From: Trichomonas gallinae
Lineage: Eukaryota
Length of the DNA stretch: 63,191 nucleotides
Direction: 5' to 3'
NCBI GenBank assembly: GCA_008369845.1
Contig: MRSU01003506.1
Span: 1 to 63,191, forward strand
Each line of letters starts with the position of its first letter. Within the stretch, counting starts at the first letter, position 1. The translations under genes and the position numbers were made by a program. Below the pieces are notes generated by a model, which worked only from the letters and a program-made list of their open reading frames with translations, ran no database searches and was not told the DNA's origin. Positions 54,219 through 63,191 of the stretch are shown one piece after another.

Positions 54219-54545
54219 ATTATAAAAGTTTACAAATTTATAGTCGAGCTAATGAATTAAAATTTAGTGTGTAAAACCTGTGGTGTGTTTACTAATGAAA
54301 TTCGGCGCGAAAATATTAAATGTAGCAAAATTGTTTTTTTATTTTCCATTTTCAGTATTTGGTTTCTATAGACCATAAAGATGCTGAATTCGTCACAAAA
54401 AAAACGTATTGTTCAAGACAGATCCTAAATTTTTAAGAATTTTTCGATAAAAACCAAATAAATCACTGTAATATGATATAAATTAGCTATATTTGCGATT
54501 TAAAAAAATTTGCATAAAAATTTTAAACGTTTATAAAAATCAAAA

Positions 54546-55979
54546 ATGATAAATTCCAGCTTAATAAATCTAGTTTCAAGCAACTTGTACAGCAAATCTC
54601 CATTCTTTATGTTCTCAAGAACAAGACAGAATACTCAAAATATCTTTAATAACATCAAAATCTCAAATTCTTTTTCAAATTTCATTCAAAAGTATGAATC
54701 ATCGAAACTTAAAGTATACAGTTCAGAATTTAAGAATTTCCAATCCGCTGTAGTCCATATTAACTCATTAACAAACGATGTCAGAGGTAGAAATCAAGTA
54801 TATAATGGCCAGACATCAGTTTTATCGCTTGTTGATTCGAACTCTAGCTTTTACAGCTGCACATTTACAAATTGCATCAAACAAGGAGCTATTAACTCAA
54901 CAGGCCCACTTTACTTGAACAATTGCACCTTTACAAGCTGCACATCTACTGCATACGGTGGCGCAGTTTCCGTTTATAGCAGTCTTATACTCTACAGAGT
55001 CATCTTTACTACATGCCAGTCAGTTTCTGGCGGTGATGCATTTTATTGCAACGGCGCAACTGCGAGTGCAGCTATTGACATCAATGGATTGACTGTTGAC
55101 TCATGCTCTGGCTCAAATTTAGCGTGTTATATCAGTGGAGCCTCGGTTTTATTAAATTCAATCAAATTCACAAGTGTTACATCGGCAAGCTACTTCAATA
55201 TTACGACATCGGGCAAAATTGAAGTATTTAACTCTGCTTTTGACATGGCTGCTGCTACATCTTCAGTCGTTTTCAACATTCCTGCAACAACTACTACAAA
55301 CTTAACGTGTTACAACGTTAACTTCACATCTACATCAGCAACATCACCAATAGTATCATCAGCGAAAGTAAATGTCTTCCAATACTGTTATTTCACCCCA
55401 ACATCAGTAGCATCTCCATTAATCAACGCTTCTCCTGTCTTATTGACAGATATTCTTATTGCAGCAAGCTCAGCATCACCATCTGAGGCATCCCCACTCA
55501 TGATTGTCCCATTAACAGCAACAGTACAAAATGTTTTCTTGACAAATCCTGCACTTGTCTACATAGACTTCGACGAGGACTACCTTGCCAACACGAGCAG
55601 CTACATAGCAATGCCAACATCCATGTTCCCAGGCTGGATCTCAACATCTGTTACACCAGGAGAACCAGCTTCCTCAACATATCCATCTTCATCTTCGTCT
55701 TCATCATCATCTTCTTCCTCGTCGTCTTCATCTTCTTCGTCATCAAGCTCTTCATCATCTTCTTCAGCATCATCTAACGCAGCGAGCACCTCATCAACAA
55801 CATCATCTTCTTCATCATCATCAAGTGGATCTGGTCTAACAACTCTTGAAATTGTTTTGATTGTTATTGTCGTCATTATTGTCATTTTCGGCATATTTGG
55901 TGCAATCTTCATTTGTGTGAAGACTCGCAGCAGACTTGATGAAAGATATGACCCATCTAATCCACCTGCTTTCCCATAA
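54546..55979 (+). CDS. Pmp-like beta-helix surface protein with Ser-rich stalk and C-terminal TM
   Basis: Repeated CTFTxC and YGGAV/GGDA motifs, poly-Ser, and TM IVLIVIVVIIVIFGIFGAIFICV. Confidence 0.82.
   Translation: MINSSLINLVSSNLYSKSPFFMFSRTRQNTQNIFNNIKISNSFSNFIQKYESSKLKVYSSEFKNFQSAVVHINSLTNDVRGRNQVYNGQTSVLSLVDSNSSFYSCTFTNCIKQGAINSTGPLYLNNCTFTSCTSTAYGGAVSVYSSLILYRVIFTTCQSVSGGDAFYCNGATASAAIDINGLTVDSCSGSNLACYISGASVLLNSIKFTSVTSASYFNITTSGKIEVFNSAFDMAAATSSVVFNIPATTTTNLTCYNVNFTSTSATSPIVSSAKVNVFQYCYFTPTSVASPLINASPVLLTDILIAASSASPSEASPLMIVPLTATVQNVFLTNPALVYIDFDEDYLANTSSYIAMPTSMFPGWISTSVTPGEPASSTYPSSSSSSSSSSSSSSSSSSSSSSSSSSSASSNAASTSSTTSSSSSSSSGSGLTTLEIVLIVIVVIIVIFGIFGAIFICVKTRSRLDERYDPSNPPAFP
55686..55825 (+). 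repeat. TCN poly-serine coding repeat
   Basis: Runs of tct/tca/tcg encoding ~28 and ~8 Ser. Confidence 0.9.
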
Positions 55980-56173
55980 TTCTATTTAGATATAATTGTA
56001 AAGTGTATGATATTTATGTAACATCTGATTTTTGCTTATAATTGATAAAAACAAAACTAAAACCCTAAATATATCTTCTATTATGAATGTGTTGTTATGA
56101 ATGATGAAAATAAGACATATTTCTTGATGATTTCCAATATTTCATCAATGATTATTTTTTTTTTGACAAAAAA

Positions 56174-56210
56174 TTTACATGACAAAATATAATAGTTTTT
56201 GCCATGTAAA
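56174..56210. promoter_or_regulatory. Inverted pair of motif copies upstream of the GT31-like gene
   Basis: TTTACATGACAAA at 56174-56186 and TTTGCCATGTAAA at 56198-56210; ATG at 56239. Confidence 0.65.
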
Positions 56211-56238
56211 TATTTTTTATTGACAAAAAAATTAAAAG

Positions 56239-57171
56239 ATGCAAATATTAATAATATCAAGACCATATTTAACATATATCATTCCATTGTTATTGGTTTT
56301 GGTAGTACCAGTCCTGTTCCTGATAACATATTATCATTTGTTCTATATTTTAGGAGAAGGAGATGGAATGTCACCATATGGCGAAATTCGTCCTAAAATC
56401 AAATCAAATACATCGATTGCATTCTATATTCCAATCAATTCAACTAGAAGAATGAGGCCAGACTACAGAACAAGATTATGGGAAAAACAATTAAAAGATT
56501 TTACTGGAAAATACATACGACATTATGTAGCAGGATTTCCACAACCTATAAACGGATTCAAACTTCTTAATTTCTCCGAAGGTTACGAATTCGATGATTT
56601 CGATTACTGTATTCGCTTTACAAACACATTAAAGCATTTTAAGACCAATTACGCAGATTACAAGTGGTTCGTATTCGCTGATGTTAATACTTATATAAAT
56701 CTTTCAAGATTCGTTGATCGGTTAAATGAAATGGAAAAAGCAAAAGATCCATTGAAAAATGATATGTATGGCTATGGTTTAACGCATAATGATGACGTGG
56801 TTTTACCTTATCAGAAAACAGGCTTAATTTTATCGAATAAGGCCGTTCATTCCATTTCATCACACGATTTATCAATAGATCAGTGTGAATACAACATGTT
56901 AAACGAAATATTAGCGAATATTTTCAAATCGAAATCTTTTATGGAAGCAAAGTATTTTGGTGAGCTCCCATACTCAAACATGCATCTAATAACATCAGCC
57001 CGCTACGGTGAGCTTCCAAAATGCACAGATCAAGCAAATCCTTTAGATGTTCCAATTTTCTTGAATCTTGGCAAGTTTGATGCAACAACTCGTTTCCATC
57101 TGTTTCATGTTGCAAAATATAAACTTGGCATCGCATGGAATGATAATAAGTGTGAATATTGCAAAATGTAA
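56239..57171 (+). CDS. Type II membrane GT31/Fringe-like glycosyltransferase homolog (catalytic motifs degenerate)
   Basis: N-terminal TM and YKWFVFADVNTYINL...DPL; QKTGLILS replaces GGxGxxxS. Confidence 0.65.
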   Translation: MQILIISRPYLTYIIPLLLVLVVPVLFLITYYHLFYILGEGDGMSPYGEIRPKIKSNTSIAFYIPINSTRRMRPDYRTRLWEKQLKDFTGKYIRHYVAGFPQPINGFKLLNFSEGYEFDDFDYCIRFTNTLKHFKTNYADYKWFVFADVNTYINLSRFVDRLNEMEKAKDPLKNDMYGYGLTHNDDVVLPYQKTGLILSNKAVHSISSHDLSIDQCEYNMLNEILANIFKSKSFMEAKYFGELPYSNMHLITSARYGELPKCTDQANPLDVPIFLNLGKFDATTRFHLFHVAKYKLGIAWNDNKCEYCKM

Positions 57172-57241
57172 TAAAAAATCTGTTTGTATTGTTTCTTTTA
57201 ACATGGAAAATAGTATTTTTATACAAACAACAAACAAAAAA

Positions 57242-58278
57242 CTAATATTTTCTACAAATTGTTGCCCAATGGGGATTAAAAGTAACATAAACATAATCCG
57301 GGACTCTATTCAATATATCATACCCACATACTACAGGAATTGTGTCTTTTCTGCCTGAATGCCAAAAAATAATTTTATTAAATTGAATTGGAGTGTTAGC
57401 AATGTGTGTTCCTTTCGGACAATTTTCTAGCATTGAAAAATCATTTGATATAAGAGCATTTGTTGTATTATCATCAAGTCTTGTGCCTAATATTCTTGAA
57501 TCATGAATTTTTTCGTCTGTGAGATTAAATACTCGTATCATTATATCTGTCATAGTATCATCACCTCCAATTCCATTAAAATATGTATCAACAATGAACT
57601 TTTCATTCTTTTCAAATATTTCCGCAGCTTTTCTCGACATAATCCATCCAGATCCTCCGTGGATAAAAGCGAAGTCTTCATCTATGCGACATAGCTGGCC
57701 AATGAAAACAATCTCATTTAATGGATCATATTTTGTTTCTAAATCATCAATAAGACTTTGTAGCTTTCGAACATCAACAAAACAGTCTTCTGTAGTTCTT
57801 ATATACCATTTATATGTGGTGTTTCTGTAAAATCTATGTAAAGATTGAAGAAATGCAAAAGCAAAATTTTGATCTTCACGTAAATCTGGTTTCGTTGGGA
57901 AGATTAATGCTTTATTCGTGTATTTCGATATGTTGGTTGAAGATAAGAAGTGAAATTCCGAATTTGGATATAATTGAATAAAATCTTTGCACCAATATTT
58001 GTAAGAAACAGTCATTCTTGATATATTTTGTGGAGTAACTATGAGGAAGTTCATCGAAATCGATGCATTGAATGTTGGATATTCTGTAATCGCAATTCTT
58101 AGATTTTTTAAGGGAATAAAGCGAAAAAAGGACGAAATAACACTACATATAACCAGTACGAACAACGGAATAAGGATACTATTCTTTGCATTTCTCCATG
58201 CTTGACCAAGAAAATGCAAAGAATGAGGAAACTTCAAATTAAAATGAAAAATTCACTAGAAATCTGCGAATACATCAT
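57242..58278 (-). CDS. GT31/Fringe-like glycosyltransferase (beta-1,3-galactosyltransferase-like); apparent 1-nt frameshift near 5' end
   Basis: KWYIRTTEDCFVD, FIHGGSGWIMSR, GDD and FWH. The ORF has only a TTG start; ATGs at 58278/58275 are one base out of frame. Confidence 0.75.
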
Positions 58279-58319
58279 ATCTATAGCTTATATTTAATAT
58301 AATTTTTAATTAAAATTAA

Positions 58320-58366
58320 TTTGTCATGTAAAGTTTCAAAAGTCAGAATTTCTCTTGACACGTAAA
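58320..58366. promoter_or_regulatory. Two motif copies in a bidirectional promoter (GT31-like / 6-TM gene)
   Basis: TTTGTCATGTAAA at 58320-58332 and TTGACACGTAAA at 58355-58366. Confidence 0.65.
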
Positions 58367-58410
58367 GAGTCATAATGTCAGAAATAAATGTCAAAATCCC
58401 TATATTTTGA

Positions 58411-59094
58411 ATGAGTTTGATATACTTCGGAGCAGGTGGAGTTGCGCCACTTATTTCTGTTGCTTTGCCTGTAGTATTAAAGAGTGGATCTATTAAGACC
58501 AGTGATGGCGTGTATTTGCCTACACAAATCTTGATAAGTTCTCCACCATTTTCAATTTTCTTCATTTTTGCGGCTTTTGGATTTTTCGTTGCAAATTACA
58601 AAGGATTATTATATGCATTCGATGTTTTTTCTCTAGCACCAACGATTCCAAAACCAATTTTCAAATCGTTTTTAACAACAATCAACATGATCACAAATTT
58701 CTCAGTCTTGGCATTTTCAATCCTTGATTATCAAAACTTTCAGACTATTAATACGATTCTATACGCAACATTTTTGATTTCGCTTATATTATTTTTCATA
58801 ATTCTTGATTTATCAAACGACAGATGCTTTTACACTCCATCTTCAGTCTATTGGTATGCTGATTGCACGCTTCTATTTTTAGTTATTATTCATTTGACTT
58901 ATTCATATTCAATTTTCCATTACGCAGATATTTCTATGCTTAATACTTCTACTATATTCGGATATATCGTTAATATCCTAGTTTTCTTACGATATTCAGC
59001 ATTATATTTCGAAATCAAGGATAGAATCATCGTATTTGCCGATGAAACTCCAGATGGAGACGAAGACAACGATGATCTTTACAAAGAGGACTAA
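58411..59094 (+). CDS. Multi-pass (about 6 TM) membrane protein, possibly Frag1/DRAM/Sfk1-like
   Basis: Six hydrophobic segments, YLP...SSPPFSIF after TM1, and an acidic tail. Confidence 0.55.
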   Translation: MSLIYFGAGGVAPLISVALPVVLKSGSIKTSDGVYLPTQILISSPPFSIFFIFAAFGFFVANYKGLLYAFDVFSLAPTIPKPIFKSFLTTINMITNFSVLAFSILDYQNFQTINTILYATFLISLILFFIILDLSNDRCFYTPSSVYWYADCTLLFLVIIHLTYSYSIFHYADISMLNTSTIFGYIVNILVFLRYSALYFEIKDRIIVFADETPDGDEDNDDLYKED

Positions 59095-59678
59095 TTTTTA
59101 GATTTGTTAAAATATAAAATTTGTTTTTTAATATTATCAGCTTCCTATATAAATTTGCTTATAATTTTTGATATTTCTATAAATATAATAAGAATAGAAC
59201 TAATTGCAAGAATAATTTTGATTTCGATATCAAGGACTGGAAATAGTATAATATTAGTTAAAATTTCAATACTCGCATACATATGAAAGGAAGTCATGAA
59301 AAATCGAAAATTATTTACCTTGAAATTGTATTTCCTGTTGAAGAATCTAGTTTACATCATAAAACTCCTAATATAACTCTATATTTGTTATATTTTCGAT
59401 TTTTTCCAGAAGATTTGTTATCTTTTTGATATTCCTATAATAGCAGCTGTCTATAGGAAAATATCACTTAGAAGATTGATATTAATTTATATTTAAATTA
59501 TAGTGATTCTAAAGCAACATTTGAAAAATAATGAAAAATATAATCATGATGTAAAAATATAATTTTATTACCAATCAACTATAAATAGAATGATAAGTCT
59601 ATTTTTGTAATTTAAAAGATTGGTTTGGTTTTTCATCAGTTTAGCGCAGTTTAGACTTTTTTTTTCGTATTAATTTTT

Positions 59679-61658
59679 ATGACTTCTCCGCCGCCTAGTG
59701 AAGAAAAGAATGACGTTGAATCTGAAGACGAGTCATCATCTTCTATAAAATCATTGCATTCAGCCAAAAATAAATCGAAATCGGGAGATTTTTCTGAGAA
59801 TAAAGATAGTTCGAAGAAAAATTCATCTGAAATCACATCACAAAGCAAAAAGAAGCACAGACATCACAACCATTCATCTCAACAGAATACATTGAATAGT
59901 CTTCATACAGAAAATACAAAAACTAGCGAATATTTTGGAAATGACTACACATCAGATAGTGTTTCATACAGCTCTCACTGTGGCATGGCTGATCCTAAAA
60001 ATATGCCTGACGTTTTTATTAATTCTTCAACTTTGTCTGAAAAGAAGCAAAAAAGTCAGTTGGAAGTACATCCACAGAAGATAGATGGTATCACATCATC
60101 TGAGGAAGTTAAAAAAGAAAATATCCAAGAAGAAAATAAATTAACGGATAAAAAAATGGAAATAAATTCGAAAACCAATACAGATGAACCGAAATCCATA
60201 GATTCTACTTCAAAACATAGCTATAAACACTCAGTTTCTTCAAAATCACATAAAAGTTCGAAAAAATCTGTTAAATCACATTCGTCGCGAGATGCTCATT
60301 CAAGAACATCTTCACATTCTAGAGCATATACTACAGATATTGAATCTTTGCATTCAAGGCCTCTACGTGATGATATAAAATCAGTTAAATCAAAATCTCA
60401 CACTCATGACGATATCTCACTGCATTCGCGATCATTGCCTGAAGAAGTCAAATCTAACAATTCATCACCGTCAAAATCTTTTAATGATGAAGAAAATAAA
60501 TCAAATTCGCCACAAATCGTTACTAGTCGATCAGTTCCAGCAGATCAATTGCAAATACCTGAAGAGCCTAAAGAACAGCCATCGCCTGTTTCCCAAAAAT
60601 CATCAGATGGTTGGTCTGCAATTTCAAGAAACACATTAGAAAGCGAGACAGGCATAGAAGACTACGAGGCAAAGCGTTTAATATTGGATTACAAGAATTT
60701 GATCAGATTCAGAGATGACCAATTGCTAAGAAATCATCGAATGTTAAAAGAATTACACGATCAATATGCAATGACAAACGAAATGGCTAAAACACAGGCA
60801 AAAATAGAGATGAATATCAGAGAGCACGCAAATGACGCTGAAAAAGTCAAAGAACTCGAAGAAGAAAAAGAAAAACTTACAAAATTAGATGAAGAAAGAA
60901 GAAATAAATACGAATCATTGATAACCAGCATCAAAGCATTAAGAGAACAGATAGAAACCAAGAAAGCAGAGCTAAATGATAAAGAATCATCAATCAAATC
61001 TTTAGAAGAAGGCGTTGCTATTCTTAAACCAATGGAAAACGAAATAATCAAAGTTAAGCAGCAAAACTCAGACCTCTCCAAGCAGATAGAAACACTCACA
61101 AAGAAAACAGATGAAATTCTCCAAAAGAAAACAACAGTTCTGGCTGATTGCAAGAGCAAGAATGAAGAGATATCTGTCCTAGAAAAAGAAGACGCAAACA
61201 GAATTTTCGCTGTCGAACAGTTGGGCCACATTCGCGATAAAATTGGTGTCGCATCTCTTATGTATAGGAAACTCACACGCGAAAACGAAGCAATCTCGCT
61301 GAAAATAGCTTTGGATGCAAGCATGGCTGACCCCAAGTCTAAGGCTACTCTTGGTGATGCTTCAAAACAGATAGATAAGCTTGACAATATGAAACAAAAG
61401 TTTTCGACGGAGATCGATGAAAAATTGGAAGAAAAATCTCGGCTTCAAAAGCAATTAAAGAGATTAATATACGAAATGCAGAAACAACAGAAGCCTTTCA
61501 AGCAAATAACAGAATGCAGGAAACCAATTAAGTCTCCAAGAAAAGATAAATCACCAGTTGCACCAACACCGTTATATAAGCCTCAGCCGAGGACAAGAGG
61601 AACTCCATCCATCAGATCCTCGAATACACCGTTTTCTTCACTGAATTTATATACTTAA
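59679..61658 (+). CDS. Coiled-coil protein with S/H/K-rich disordered N-terminus
   Basis: 659-aa ORF; repeated SLHS motif; heptad-rich C-terminal half. Confidence 0.8.
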   Translation: MTSPPPSEEKNDVESEDESSSSIKSLHSAKNKSKSGDFSENKDSSKKNSSEITSQSKKKHRHHNHSSQQNTLNSLHTENTKTSEYFGNDYTSDSVSYSSHCGMADPKNMPDVFINSSTLSEKKQKSQLEVHPQKIDGITSSEEVKKENIQEENKLTDKKMEINSKTNTDEPKSIDSTSKHSYKHSVSSKSHKSSKKSVKSHSSRDAHSRTSSHSRAYTTDIESLHSRPLRDDIKSVKSKSHTHDDISLHSRSLPEEVKSNNSSPSKSFNDEENKSNSPQIVTSRSVPADQLQIPEEPKEQPSPVSQKSSDGWSAISRNTLESETGIEDYEAKRLILDYKNLIRFRDDQLLRNHRMLKELHDQYAMTNEMAKTQAKIEMNIREHANDAEKVKELEEEKEKLTKLDEERRNKYESLITSIKALREQIETKKAELNDKESSIKSLEEGVAILKPMENEIIKVKQQNSDLSKQIETLTKKTDEILQKKTTVLADCKSKNEEISVLEKEDANRIFAVEQLGHIRDKIGVASLMYRKLTRENEAISLKIALDASMADPKSKATLGDASKQIDKLDNMKQKFSTEIDEKLEEKSRLQKQLKRLIYEMQKQQKPFKQITECRKPIKSPRKDKSPVAPTPLYKPQPRTRGTPSIRSSNTPFSSLNLYT

Positions 61659-61757
61659 TGTTAATCTTGTTATAAAAATTATTATGTTTTTATTTTAAAT
61701 GATAATATTACATACAAGAAATATATATGATTTTTTTTGACTTATTGAATTTGAAAA

Positions 61758-62117
61758 TTAATTAAATTTGGTTCTCATTCTCAGAGCATTATCAACATCA
61801 CGTAAATTACCTGCATAACCGTTTGCATGACCTTTGACTTTCTTTTCATCAACAAACATCGGCGAATTCGCTAACATATCTGGTAGAATGAAGAAAACGA
61901 TATTTGAACCTCGAATATATACTTTATCCATATGGGAATCCTCACCGCGTGAATTAGTGAACGTAACATCATGCATTTCAACATTCATTGTATCTTCTGA
62001 TCCAATTAGAGTTCCTCTATACAGCTCACCCTGCTTAGTTTCAACAGTTACCACGAATCCATCAGCTTCATGAAGCAAAATAGTAATTGGTGAAAATTCC
62101 GGATGAGCTCTATTCAT
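61758..62117 (-). CDS. SNRPD3: Small nuclear ribonucleoprotein Sm D3
   Basis: LLHEADGFVVTVETKQGELYRG...EDTMN...VYIRGSNIVFFILPDMLANSPMF. Confidence 0.92.
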   Translation of the reverse strand: MNRAHPEFSPITILLHEADGFVVTVETKQGELYRGTLIGSEDTMNVEMHDVTFTNSRGEDSHMDKVYIRGSNIVFFILPDMLANSPMFVDEKKVKGHANGYAGNLRDVDNALRMRTKFN

Positions 62118-62242
62118 AAAAATGGCTTAAATCCAGAAAATAAGCATTAAAAATGATAATAAACAATGATATAAAATTAAAATTGAATTTTTTTTTAGAA
62201 AAAAAGGAACGATATTTTGTCACTTTTTACAAAAATTTTAAA

Positions 62243-62788
62243 ATGGATAATACAGAAAGTGAAACAATAACATTCACCAACAAAATTATTATTGATAAAC
62301 AGGAAGCCCTCATGAGGTTTGAGAGCTTGATGTACCAAATAAAGCCATTCCTTTGGCAGCGATGGTTTGCTTTCTTCGTTACAATTGCTCTTTTTGCGGC
62401 TCGTATATTATACTTGCATGCTTACTACTATGTTGCTTATATTGTTGGATTATATCTTCTTCAATGCCTTCTAAATTTCATAACACCAAAAAGAGATCCA
62501 GAGTTATACGGCGAGGAAGTTCTCCCATCATCAGCAGATGGTGACTACAAGCCATTTGTTAGAAGTCTCCCAGAATTTCCCTTCTGGTGCAATTGCATGC
62601 CCGCAGCCATTATAGGTATATTCATGTCGTTACTACCATTCGATCTCCCTGTTTACGCTCCACTTCTTTTCTTCTATTTCATTTGTGTTACATTTTTCGT
62701 ATTTCGTAAGAGAATTATGCACATGATTAAGTACAAGTACCTTCCATGGGACACAGGAAAACCAAAATACAAGAAGCCATCTGAATAA
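62243..62788 (+). CDS. RER1: Rer1 Golgi-to-ER retrieval receptor
   Basis: RW, GLYLLQCLLNFITPKRDP, YKPFVRSLPEFPFW, HMIKYKYLPWDTGKPKY. ATG 62243 follows the Inr-like TCACTTT. Confidence 0.93.
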   Translation: MDNTESETITFTNKIIIDKQEALMRFESLMYQIKPFLWQRWFAFFVTIALFAARILYLHAYYYVAYIVGLYLLQCLLNFITPKRDPELYGEEVLPSSADGDYKPFVRSLPEFPFWCNCMPAAIIGIFMSLLPFDLPVYAPLLFFYFICVTFFVFRKRIMHMIKYKYLPWDTGKPKYKKPSE

Positions 62789-63038
62789 AGTATCGTATTT
62801 GTCTATTAATATTAAACGATTTAATATATTTTTAATTATAATATTAAATTTCAAGCATTGTTTCTCAGCATGCGAATTTAGTAGCCTGTAGCAATTGTAT
62901 TTCTTTCTTAGTTACATATATTATTTAACTAAGAAAGAAATATATGGTAAATATTATTTTGTTTTATTTAGAATGCGTATAAGCATAAAGTGAGAAAAAC
63001 AATGCGTTACATCCTGAATCTAATATATCTGTTTTTTG

Positions 63039-63191
63039 TTATTTGACACGAAACAAAAATTGGTCATGATTAAAACATTCTTGTGTAGAAAGATGAGAAA
63101 TACTGAGAAAGAGTGAATTTGTTTCTTGAATAGTAACAGGATTCCCTGATGAAAGTTCATCGACTTTGTTTTTGTAAATGAAGCAGTTTTC
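63039..63191 (-). CDS. 3' end of a gene running off the window (probably beta-helix family)
   Basis: Open frame ENCFIYKNKVDELSSGNPVTIQETNSLFLSISHLSTQECFNHDQFLFRVK* from the window edge; the HLSTxxC ending is typical of such families. Confidence 0.5.
   Translation of the reverse strand, partial: ENCFIYKNKVDELSSGNPVTIQETNSLFLSISHLSTQECFNHDQFLFRVK

Noticed and set aside
58232..58256. 25-nt GT...AG segment (minus strand) that could be a short intron in the glycosyltransferase 5' end
   Set aside because: Splicing it does not restore the frame and there is no CTAAC branch site.
60761..61387. 208-aa minus-strand ORF
   Set aside because: Antisense shadow of the coiled-coil gene.
62153..62242. N-terminal extension of Rer1 in the ORF track (similar extensions at 6836, 18945, 50352, 53962)
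   Set aside because: AT-rich promoter sequence, mostly with non-ATG starts; downstream ATGs fit family length and leader context better.
1..63191. tRNA, rRNA, snRNA or intact transposon
   Set aside because: No cloverleaf, rRNA or U-snRNA signature, transposase/integrase ORF or long TIR was recognised by eye.

Overview
Gene-dense, AT-rich eukaryotic DNA with no introns that I could detect. It is most consistent with a trichomonad (Trichomonas-like) genome, judged from the single-exon genes, very short intergenic regions, Inr-like TCA(Y)W starts, an M60-like peptidase, Pmp-like beta-helix proteins and a Tom36/46-type tail-anchored protein. About 30 protein genes are present. Conserved housekeeping and endomembrane genes include Furry-like, GAR1, Vps8-like, OS-9-like MRH lectin, TTLL, neurofibromin-like, TTC23-like, ATG1, an aberrant Arf-like GTPase, Pkr1-like, DENN, SLC38-type and MFSD5-type transporters, two GT31-like glycosyltransferases, SmD3 and Rer1. 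An accessory block (~5.9-22 kb) holds surface-protein family genes with adjacent decayed paralogs. The strongest signal not explained by the genes is a 13-bp non-coding motif, TTTG(A/T/C)C(A/G)(T/C)GTAAA. It occurs about 15 times, often in pairs and in either orientation, mostly within ~100 nt upstream of start codons of ER/Golgi/endolysosomal/autophagy/membrane genes. I did not find it before the cytoskeletal or RNA-processing genes. It is a candidate secretory-pathway/UPR-like regulon element. Family assignments come from motif recognition by eye; no searches were run.
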